From NCBI GenBank assembly GCA_964019425.1, contig OZ025788.1, positions 806,001 through 870,000 of the forward strand: a stretch of 64,000 nt of DNA, given 5' to 3'. Below are positions 36,187 through 45,917 of this stretch, piece by piece. The number at the start of each line of letters is the position of its first letter. The first letter of the stretch is position 1. The stretch is from Flectonema sp. DT1601. Lineage: Eukaryota. The position numbers and the translations under genes are program-made. The notes under the pieces are model-generated. The model was not told where the DNA came from. It was given only the letters and a program-made list of their open reading frames with translations, and searched no databases.

Positions 36187-38733
36187 TCATATTTGAGAAA
36201 TCCCTCTTTCCATGTAGGATGGATCAACTGCTTCGTAGGGTATTTTCAAACCGTCATTTCGCTTTGCGATTTTACGAGAAGCTGAACAGAGACCTTCAAC
36301 AAAAATATCGAGAGTTGGTGCAACACTTCGATCTTGAAAGACTGTTGAGGATTGAGTTGGAGTTGGAGATCCGACTTTCCAGCGTTGAGTTCGATGAGCG
36401 ACGATGTCGTCAGGAGACATGTCGTCAGTGCATTTCCAAAGTGGAGATACGATGCCGGTGTCATTAGTTTCAGTTATAGAAATATCATCTTGTCCAGCTG
36501 GTAAGAATGAAGTAATAATATCCCAATAACCATCTGAGTATTTACTCTTTCCAACTGACGTTGACGCTGGAAGCAATGCTGTTCCACTACGAACTCGAAT
36601 ATATACAGCACCGCTACTGACATTTTCTACATCAACTTCTTGAGCCCAGAACTCGCCTTCAAGTGTGAGGAGATGATCAGCAGCTGGACCGCTTTCTGGG
36701 AATTTACCGGCAGGTGATACCCAGTTACCGATTTTAGACTCCGACTTTTTTATCTGAAAATGTGTTAAATCTTTTCCCTCAATTGGTTTCTGATAAACAA
36801 TTATCGATTCAATGAGTACATCACCAGCATCAGATGTCATATCTGTTCCTCTTATTGAAGTGTACTGTCTGTGATCACCTTGAATGCCGTAAATATCAAG
36901 TATCGTTGTCTCATCATTGTTGAACGCTAATTTATTTTTACCAACACCTTCAGTGGGTAAGTCATCATCATGTTGCTCTGCTTCTTGTTCACCACAACCA
37001 TGTTCTCCTGTGGTGGGTAGATTAGGAGATTTCAGTGAGAATCCAGTACCTAAATTATCGACATAACACGGAGAGTGTTTTGGAAATGCTAATGGATTCT
37101 TATGAGGCGCTTGATCTGAATCATACAATCCACTCAAAACAAACGCTGTGGCGACTTGTAAGATTGTTGTCTTCTTGTCTGGTAGCATAGCAAGAAGATC
37201 ATTTTCAGTTATTTGATCTTTTGTTTTGTGTACTATCGGCGGTATTGATATCAGACCAGGAGAATTAGGTACCCAACCATATTGCTGATATATATTAAAA
37301 GTTAATGAAGATGCGAATCCTGTACATAAGAACAGAATTGATGTAACATTAAATACGATTGGTTGTTCCTTTCTTGATGTTTGTAATTCCATAAAACGAT
37401 TGAGGTGATTTACCATTTCACGAGTCCATTTTTGAAGTTCGGTATCAAGATCTATGTCATCTGGTTTTTTATAAAATCGAGTAGCTATTCCCTTAACATA
37501 TCCATGAAGAGCTTTCCATAAATGCATACTATCATCTCTGTAGTAGTAACCACGTAGTGGACTTCCCTTATCAATTCGTTCTGTGTAATCATGCATGAAT
37601 GATTGGTTATTGAAATTATACTTTGCCCATGATTTTGATGCTATTTTAAACCATCCGTCAAACCCGCACGCAAGAACTCTCATTAACGGACTTCCCTTAC
37701 TTACTAATGATTGCAATACAGCTTCAGAAGCTCCAATACTTCCTTGTAGGAATGGTGATAATAATTGACGAATAGGATGATGAATAGAAAGACATCGACA
37801 TGTGATAATAGAACACAGCGCAACAGTTAAAATACAACGACACACAAGCGATGAAATCAAATGGTAGTGCATGTCTGCTGAATTGAAATACATTTTTGCC
37901 ATTCTCCAAGCCCACACATTATCATTTGGTGTGAAGACAGGATTCAGATCCTGTGCTGTTGGTCCTCCGTATAGCTGAATAGCAATTGGTCGTAGCAATC
38001 CTTTTGAGTTGCTGTAAAAGAGTCCCATAGGACTACACATGTATGTGTCTTTTCTTGTTGGGATGTCATCAAGTAGTTTGTGGTAGTCAATAATAAATAG
38101 TTTTCTAGCTGCTACTGCTTCCTCAACACTTTCTTCTTCAATTAATCCAACAACTTGTTCATCAGTTACGAGTAGTTTCTTTGGAAGTAATTCACACTTT
38201 AACACTTGATTCAAGACTACTGGATGAGCTCCTGTAAGACGTTGTCTTGCGAACTCTATATCTTCTTCCCAGGTGTACATTGTTGTTGGACGAGGGAATG
38301 CTCTTCTCGATTGCGAACTATTGGTGTTTGGTGTTCCGACAAAGGCTGGTGCTGATGGAGTGAATAAAACATCTTCAATTTCTTGAAATGATTTCCAACG
38401 ACCTCTCGATCCATTCGCGATATCTTCACCAAGATCACCCATATACTCTGTTATACATTCTTGTACTAATTTTCCAAAGTCTCGTTTATGTTGTTGTTTC
38501 TCTGCTTTTGGTATTCTCTTTATCCCAGCGGGTAGACCGGATCGTAGTAAATCACCTTTGTGTAAGTCCAGTTCATATTGTCTATTTACTCTTTTTAATT
38601 CTTCTTTTCGTTCCTCTACGAAAGGATCAACTTGAGGTAAGCATGTTCTGGTTGGTCGTAAGGCATCATCGTGAAGTAAATACTTCTCACGTGCGCTACC
38701 TATTCTCTCAATACAACTTTGGACGGTTCCCAT
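36187..38733 (-). CDS. Lipoxygenase-fold protein lacking iron ligands (probable pseudoenzyme) with a large insertion
   Basis: WEEDIEFARQRLTG.HP, LFIIDY, LRPIAIQL, VFTP..WRMAK, YYYRDD...W, D.ELQKW, WVPN.P, PY..VDP..ME.GISQI; metal ligands substituted. Confidence 0.85.
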   Translation of the reverse strand: MGTVQSCIERIGSAREKYLLHDDALRPTRTCLPQVDPFVEERKEELKRVNRQYELDLHKGDLLRSGLPAGIKRIPKAEKQQHKRDFGKLVQECITEYMGDLGEDIANGSRGRWKSFQEIEDVLFTPSAPAFVGTPNTNSSQSRRAFPRPTTMYTWEEDIEFARQRLTGAHPVVLNQVLKCELLPKKLLVTDEQVVGLIEEESVEEAVAARKLFIIDYHKLLDDIPTRKDTYMCSPMGLFYSNSKGLLRPIAIQLYGGPTAQDLNPVFTPNDNVWAWRMAKMYFNSADMHYHLISSLVCRCILTVALCSIITCRCLSIHHPIRQLLSPFLQGSIGASEAVLQSLVSKGSPLMRVLACGFDGWFKIASKSWAKYNFNNQSFMHDYTERIDKGSPLRGYYYRDDSMHLWKALHGYVKGIATRFYKKPDDIDLDTELQKWTREMVNHLNRFMELQTSRKEQPIVFNVTSILFLCTGFASSLTFNIYQQYGWVPNSPGLISIPPIVHKTKDQITENDLLAMLPDKKTTILQVATAFVLSGLYDSDQAPHKNPLAFPKHSPCYVDNLGTGFSLKSPNLPTTGEHGCGEQEAEQHDDDLPTEGVGKNKLAFNNDETTILDIYGIQGDHRQYTSIRGTDMTSDAGDVLIESIIVYQKPIEGKDLTHFQIKKSESKIGNWVSPAGKFPESGPAADHLLTLEGEFWAQEVDVENVSSGAVYIRVRSGTALLPASTSVGKSKYSDGYWDIITSFLPAGQDDISITETNDTGIVSPLWKCTDDMSPDDIVAHRTQRWKVGSPTPTQSSTVFQDRSVAPTLDIFVEGLCSASRKIAKRNDGLKIPYEAVDPSYMERGISQI

Positions 38734-39246
38734 GTGTGTGTAAGGACTGAAAATACTTATTGTGTTTATTTGCAATTAATCAAAAGAATTTCACATATCC
38801 CTTCAAAATACACAACATGTGCAGTGAAGTACAATAAAAGTGTCTGTCTATTCTTTTCTATGCAATAACAAAAAAAAAAATTTAAGACTACAAACATTCA
38901 AAATCAGAACATGAACATTCAATGGAATGGTAGAAAGAATAAATTAATAATTCTCCCAAAAAAAGGAGAGCTGGTGTGCCTTCATTTATATAGCAGTGGG
39001 CGCCAACAGGTTTCGTCAAAACAGAATGGAACAGAACATTGTATATATATCGAACAAAAGTGTATTTGACATACAAAAAGCTTGACACTAATTGTGGTTT
39101 AGTCAAAAAGCTTTATCAATCAATTTAAGAAAACATTAATTAAATAACGAAAAAAACTGAAGAGATGTGCATCAGGGATCTGAAATCGGTACGATTTTGC
39201 AAAATAAAATAAAAATAACAACACTTGAAAGCAGTTAAGAGACTCT

Positions 39247-42200
39247 CTATACGTCGAGGGCAATATGAGCTGACGTCTCTGTCGCCGCAGTTAATTTCGA
39301 AAATTTCTTAGATTTCTCAGATCTTGTAGGCAACCCACCACTCCAAATGTTTGCAATAGAAGGCTTATAGCCAACATTATCAGCGACTTGAAGAGATTTC
39401 AGTTTCTTAAAATCAGCGGTGCTACCAACAGGTGGTTGCTGAACAACTGGGTCACGATGTTGAATAGCACTCTTTGCTCTGTTGGGAGGAAATACTACTG
39501 GTGGGGCTGGAAGTTGGAACTCATTCTGTTTCTTTTGACTAATAAACTTTTCTAAGTTGCCTCCGAGTGCTTCGGCGAAGATGGTTCGAACTTTTTCATT
39601 TAGCATCGGATTCTCTGCTAATAAAAGTACTAAGTCTTGTAAATCATTAACTCTCGCATCAATACCAGACACTGCGTGTAGTAGTTGTTGTTTACTAGTG
39701 TGACTTAGCTCATTATCGAATGCAACTAAAACATGTCGAACAGCCTCTGTAGTTGTTGTTTGATTGTTTTAAACCTAATCTAATCGTTTCATTAACTTTG
39801 TTAAACAAATAAAACATACGCTGCACTGGGGTCATCATGGAACGTGTAAGCTCTTCCATTTGCTTCTTCTCTTCAACTGCTTTGCGTGCATCCTGACGAG
39901 CATTCATTGATTCCAGTTCTAGCCTGGTGATCTCTTCTTGTAGTCTTTCTGCTGCTTCACCTAACCAGGTTTCTCCTTCTCCATTTTGTACAGCCATGTT
40001 TAGAGGTAGCATTGGAGACTTGTTACTTCGTTCTAAGAGAGGTATTTCTAAACCTTCAATACCACTCTCTGGAGAATGATGATGGCTAGTAATATTATCA
40101 TCTGACGAATTGTTCTTTTGTTTATCTTGAGTTTCATCTTTGTTCTTAATAAATAATCCTGTTGGTATTTACTTCATAATAAGTAAGGATAAATAATTAA
40201 ATAATACATTGTAGTAATCATACCGTCATCATTCAACACAAACAGTTCATACAGAAACTGTAAGTTTCGTTCCTTTGGACTGAAAGCAAGCTTATGAAAA
40301 AATGTATTCATTGCGTCACCAGGTTGTCCTTTTGTCCTCCTCATAACGGTTGCCCATAACACGAATGGAATTTGTAATTCTGAAGGTGGTACGTTGTAGA
40401 CGACATCAATTACATTTCTGATATTGTTCGCAACATTCAAACAAATAATCACATCTGCTAAATTTAAGTCAACTGCCCAGTCTTCTGTACATCCACCCCC
40501 CGTTGAAAGAACATGACGTAAGAATGCTATTTTCGCTGTATTTTTTGTGTTTTTTTTTTTTTTTTGCGAGTAAATGAAATTTCAGATTTCGGTACTCCGA
40601 ACTGGACGGCATTTTCATCATCAAAGAAACAATAAACAAATGTTATACCTGTAATTACATAAAACGGAAGAGGAACGAAGAAGAAAGCACAACCGACTCC
40701 ACAAACAATAAGTCCAAGTCGAGCAAGAATGTGACGAACTTCAAAGGTAGAGGCACGTCTAGCCAGCTTTCGGTAGTGATGAAACCACCTCTGTGGAAAC
40801 CAACCAATAGGAATAGTACGGAAGAGGTGAGAACCAAGAACTTCATCAGGCATTTTAGCACAAAAGCCATTGAGACCAATATTATTTGGTCCGAACAAGT
40901 AGAACAATAAATGCAACGCTGTCACCATTAGTATGACCACTTCGGCATACAGCAACCACAACACTGAAAGGTTCAAGTTCAAGACCGGGTTTCGAACTGG
41001 TCGCACATTAAAAGCAGCGACAATAGCCCAAACGTTGATACTACTAGCAAACAGCCGTACGAAGTAGCCGGCAATTTGACGGTTGGCGATGTGCTCAGAG
41101 AGTGGATATTGAATATCTGTTTCAATGTCTATTTTATTTTGTTTTCCTCTGTGTCTTTCGAAACAGACACGAAGTTGGTCTCTCCACCCATCAGGAAGTA
41201 ATAATACCCCACAAACACACATTGGTAGTTTTCTAACCCTCTTTGACGCAGAAGCCCAGTTTATCCATTGCCTTGTTTCAGTCTCTTTTGGTATGAAGAA
41301 TAAAACACGCCTACATTCAGAACAAAGAGTTCTGTCACATCCAGACTTCTTCTTTCTCGCCTTACTTGCCATCTCAGTGTCATTGGCAATGGAAGCGCGA
41401 ACACTGATTTCAAGAAAACCTAAATTACCTTTATTGTGTCTTACAAACATTTGATCTCCTTGATTACCAGGTCTCGCTGATAAACGTAAAGTCTCCTGTC
41501 TACTTACTTTGAGTAGCTCACTTAAGTCTTCAGGTGAAAGTCTCAGTTCTGTGTATCCTAAGAAGTCAGGATCACCAACTTTGTCATAATCAAAAACTGT
41601 AAATGAAATCGTCGATGGCGCTCCAGGAACCAGATCAAGTTTAAACCTCTCATTCCAAATAGGAGACAAATTCTTAAATTTGATTGACGTCCGCAAAGGT
41701 TCCATTTGGTGGAGAAGTCCAGTTGCAGTAATCTGTACAAACGGGTCAGAAGTACCTATTTTGAATTTTCTTTTTTCCCACTTATTTCATGTTGCGGATC
41801 ACGTAGATATAAAAAGATTAATACATACCAAGTGTGTCAGCAGCTGTAAGGTCTCTGGCACAGTTAATTGCTACCTCTAGCTGGGAAGGTGTTGATGAAA
41901 CGAGTCCCATTTCTTGGACGAGGATGGCAAACTCTGCGCGGTCAACAAACCCATCGCCATCAGCATCGAGACGTTTTAAAAGTGATTCGAATGATTTCTG
42001 ATCAGAGACAGATAATTTATCCTGAAGCTCCGTATTCTTTTGAAAGTATCTCTGGATTTCTGTAGCACTCAGTACACCATCACCATCCAAGTCGATTAGT
42101 GTGTAGATTCGATCCCATTCAGCAGCTGCTTGTTCTTCAGGAGTGTCTTCTTCTTGTCCACTACCAGGACCACCCATTGCAACTACTTTGTTGCGAATGT

Positions 42201-42849
42201 AGTCAAATTCAAATACTCGTAAGTCTTCTTCTTTTTTCGCATTCGTAAATCTTGCAGAAAAAAAAGCACCATCCACCCCAGAATGCCAATGAAATCGAAG
42301 CTCAGTAATGTTGTAAATCTTATCGTCGGTATCAGATTCCTGATAGAAGGTTCGAATTTCTTCTTTCAGAATTGCGTCAACGTCAGCGTTTTGCTGACAT
42401 CTACCTGAAGCACCACAAGAACAATATCTAGTCTCTTGATGATGTGCGCAGTTTGATCTTTCTAAGTCGTGTCCTTTATGGCAAGTGTTAGCACACACCG
42501 TACAGCAGCCCATGTCACTTATTCCGTAACAAGTTCTACACCTCCACCACTCTTGAATTGTAGGTCTTGTGAATGTTGTGCCGAAGGTACACTTTCCTTG
42601 TCCTTTCTTAGCTCGTTCTTTCATAGCATCTCTTATTCGTTTCGCTTCGGAGTTTCTGAATCTTGTATTCGCGTATACAATTAATACGTATCCAATGAGG
42701 AAACAGAACAATGAGGTTCCCATTACAACGAGGAGAATCGCCTCCCAGTCAAACTCGCAATGGATTGCCAGAGGCTCTGGAAAGGTTCCCCATGAAAACG
42801 AGCAGTCAGTAGACTCCGGGGGAAGTATTTGCGTTACAGTTGAAGTCAT
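39247..42849 (-). CDS. Multi-domain membrane protein: TM, UBR-type zinc finger, EF-hand pair, C2 domain, TM helices, coiled coil; 5 exons (introns 41756-41828, 40527 or 40536-40648, 40159-40223, 39747-39819)
   Basis: WWRCRTC...GCCTVCANTCHKGHDL..YCSCG; DLDGDGVLSATE and DADGDGFVDRAE; ARDLTAADTLG|TSDPFV...NLSPIWNERF...VFDYDKVGDPDFLG; GT-AG introns join five ORF pieces in frame. Confidence 0.8.
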
Positions 42850-43220
42850 TAATCACTTCGTTACATTTAGTTACTATTGAAAAGAATAATATATATTAAT
42901 TATAAATAGAGCAGACTACCGCAACCCCACACAACGAATTTCCGTTTATCGCTATCGGTAAGTATAAAGGTTAGTACGGCTTCGTTTTTTTTTTTTTTTT
43001 CAATCAACAATGCGTTCTCATTTAGGATAGAGAATTAAAGAACAAAAAGGTAAACACGTCCACGTCTACAGTAGTTAATTGTAATAAGGTAAATAAGGCA
43101 ACACTTAATTGGTATTTTTCTTTTTTGTACCGACCTAGTCGGAGAAGAAACTATTCAGATTGAAAGCCGATATTTCTTATGGTCATGACGAAATATAAGG
43201 CTAACTGAATGGTTTTTTTA

Positions 43221-43739
43221 TTATTTTTCCGTCTCACCTTCCGTCTTGACTTTTTTAAAAATTGTTTTCTTAGTCGTAAAATCTGAAGGATAATCTGTGA
43301 CTCCAGATTCGCAAATCATATCCTCTCCGTCAACTTTTATAATACAATAAAGATCTTGGCTGTATTTCAACATTGTTACTTTAACTTTCCATGGAGTACA
43401 GTGACTATTAACAATGCACGAGCATTGCAATACTTCAGATGGAACGTCTTCGGTACTGCTGTAAGATTCTAAGAGCAATTCTGTGCTACTTTTAAAGTGA
43501 TATATTTGTTTATCATTCTTCTCTCTTCCTGTTACTTCCCATTTTCCGGTTAGCACAGCTATGCGTTCTTTTTCAATGTCGATTTCTTTTTGTGTTAATT
43601 TTTCTATAAGTGTTTCGAGTGGTCGGTCTGGTTTCTTACTGAGCACCTGTGCCAAACATGTTTCCATCAATTCAGGTATGCCGTGAGCTATTAAATAATT
43701 AGTATCTCCTTCAGTGTCACCTGTTAAAGTGGCTGGCAT
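43221..43739 (-). CDS. Small protein with N-terminal RIIa/Dpy-30-like docking domain and a beta-rich C-terminal domain
   Basis: YLIAHGIPELMETCLAQVLSKKPDRPLETLIEKL; LTGKWEV motif. Confidence 0.75.
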   Translation of the reverse strand: MPATLTGDTEGDTNYLIAHGIPELMETCLAQVLSKKPDRPLETLIEKLTQKEIDIEKERIAVLTGKWEVTGREKNDKQIYHFKSSTELLLESYSSTEDVPSEVLQCSCIVNSHCTPWKVKVTMLKYSQDLYCIIKVDGEDMICESGVTDYPSDFTTKKTIFKKVKTEGETEK

Positions 43740-44497
43740 TTTTTTTTTTTTTTTTTTTTTTTTTGTGTATTCAAAGCTGTGAGTAGAAAGATTTTTTTTT
43801 AATTTCTTTTTATTTTAAATTTTTTTTTTAATTATAATACTAACAACGAAAACTTGTAGTGTATCAATCGTGATGAAAAAAATGTTTTTTTTTTTTTGTT
43901 TTTTTTTTCCTCATTTAATAATGGTTTTTGTGTTGTTTGTTTGTGTTCTTTTTTTTTTTTTTTTTTCCAATCATCAATGATCAACATCATAAACATTTTT
44001 AACAGCAGCTTCGCAGTCTGCAGGTAGCAAACAGCAGCAGTGTAAAGAAGCTCAAATTTTAAAAAAAGGAGAGGAATCCAATTTAGGATAGAAAGGGAGA
44101 AAACATTTATGCATGATGAGTGTAAGCTCCAGTAGCCATACATAGGCTCAAATAAAACCAATCTCGAGGTAGTGTAATGATAGATAAAATAAACAGACCC
44201 ATCGGATCGCTAGAGTCGTGTGTTAAAGTTAGAAATAAAACGTCAGATTTTTACAAGTAATACGTAGTCTAAGCGTATTTTAATATACGCAAAGCACGCG
44301 ACGCATTTGTAGAAAAGGGGAGGGAGAAAAAAGAAGAAAACAGCAGGAGAGAGAGAGAGAGAGAGAGAGTTTTTGAAGGAGACTACATTTTCATTTTCCT
44401 AAATTTGGCTAAAATAAGAAAAGTTGTATTATTCCGAGTTTCTCCACAAAAAAAAAAAAAAAAAAAAGGTGTGTAAATAATGAATCACAGCACACAA

Positions 44498-45625
44498 TCA
44501 GAAAGTAACACCAGAAGTAAGATGCTCACTGTTGTTAACAAGTTGTTCTTGCTGTTTCATGTAGAGGACGAATTGAGCGTTTTGAATAGGACCTCCGAAA
44601 GCACCGCGATCGATGTTGTCAACTACCAAGTTATAACGAAGGTCAAAGCATTCATCATCAGTTAAGATGTTACCAACATGAACAGTCATTCCAAGTTCAG
44701 GTCCATCTTTGATAATTGGACGAGGATAACCAACAGTGTCCATAACAAGTAATGGAGAAGTAGAATTATGAGAAAATACACCCTCGTCATTCAATCTCTT
44801 TAAAGGGTTAAATGATTCCCAAAGTGCTACGGCTTCTTCTTTCGTGATTTTGTGTTTTAATTTAAGTTTCATGTCAATAAAGTGATTTCTTTGAACTGGT
44901 ACTCTCTGACAACTAACACTTATCCCGAACGATTCTTCGCTAGCAAAAATCTTTCTCACTTCCTTTTTGATATACTCCTCTGTGTTTTCTTCAGTTCTAC
45001 CAATCGGATAGACATTTCCATCAACTAAATGGCGACTGTACTTCAAGTCACCACGACCTGATATGCTTTGGTACGTTGTAATTGAGCATTCGGATATCCC
45101 GCAGTGGTCAATAATTGGTTTTAAGGTAAGAGCTATTCCATTGGTACAGCAGTTGGGTGATTTTATATAGCGAGCTGAAGAGTCGAGCACATGTGGATTA
45201 ACCTCAGATACTACAACAGGAACGTCATCCTCGAATCGTCGATATGGACTGTTGCTTACTACGAAATGACCTGCTTTTAGTAAACCGTCTTCAAGACCGC
45301 CAGCTCTGAGAGGGATTGAAGAAAAGATTATATCGTCATCTCCAGAAAGCATTTCTTCATAAGTTGAAACTGTTCTCTTTCCAATCCCCTTCGGGAATGG
45401 CATTCCCTTCCAAAATCCTTTACCATAATGCTCTTCTAAATCGTTCTCCTTTCTCATCCATACTTCTTCATAGTCAGCATTGTTGCTGGCAGTAGAGCCA
45501 ACTATCGTTCCCAACTGAAGACCATTTTTATTATTTGCTACCGCAGCAACAGCAGCTCTGCCTACTAAACCAGTAGCTCCAAGAATCCCTACCTTCAGTC
45601 TGCAGACGGCTGTTCTCGTGAACAT
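44498..45625 (-). CDS. asd: Aspartate-semialdehyde dehydrogenase (archaeal/fungal-type), short putative mitochondrial presequence
   Basis: VGILGATGLVG, VVSNS..R....VPVVV.EVNP, catalytic PNCCT, TYQSISG.G, CQRVPV..H, DNIDRGA. Confidence 0.9.
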   Translation of the reverse strand: MFTRTAVCRLKVGILGATGLVGRAAVAAVANNKNGLQLGTIVGSTASNNADYEEVWMRKENDLEEHYGKGFWKGMPFPKGIGKRTVSTYEEMLSGDDDIIFSSIPLRAGGLEDGLLKAGHFVVSNSPYRRFEDDVPVVVSEVNPHVLDSSARYIKSPNCCTNGIALTLKPIIDHCGISECSITTYQSISGRGDLKYSRHLVDGNVYPIGRTEENTEEYIKKEVRKIFASEESFGISVSCQRVPVQRNHFIDMKLKLKHKITKEEAVALWESFNPLKRLNDEGVFSHNSTSPLLVMDTVGYPRPIIKDGPELGMTVHVGNILTDDECFDLRYNLVVDNIDRGAFGGPIQNAQFVLYMKQQEQLVNNSEHLTSGVTF

Positions 45626-45917
45626 TTATGTGTGTAATCAGCTACAAGTAATGTAATTAACCAATCCATAATACGATTGAGTAATAAAAGGTTTATCTCA
45701 ACATGTTATATAACCCTATGAATGAATTGATGTACCGATATCGAATTGTTTTTCAGAACCATCCATCACACTAAACTACTTTAATAGGAAAGAATACTAA
45801 AGAAGTTACTCAGTGATGGAACACGTTACCTATTATGACAAACTGATTTGAATGAATCGCTACGGTTGGAGAATAGACTAAGAGGAGTTTACGTAACTAA
45901 TGACTGAGCTTCTCAAT

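Noticed and set aside
40527..40648. Possible non-canonical intron in the C2-domain gene
   Set aside because: A canonical GTATAA donor at 40648 restores the frame
45813..45908. Plus-strand C/D-like element (GTGATGG...CTGA) or SECIS
   Set aside because: Antisense to the whole cluster, imperfect C box, no in-frame UGA in RPL13
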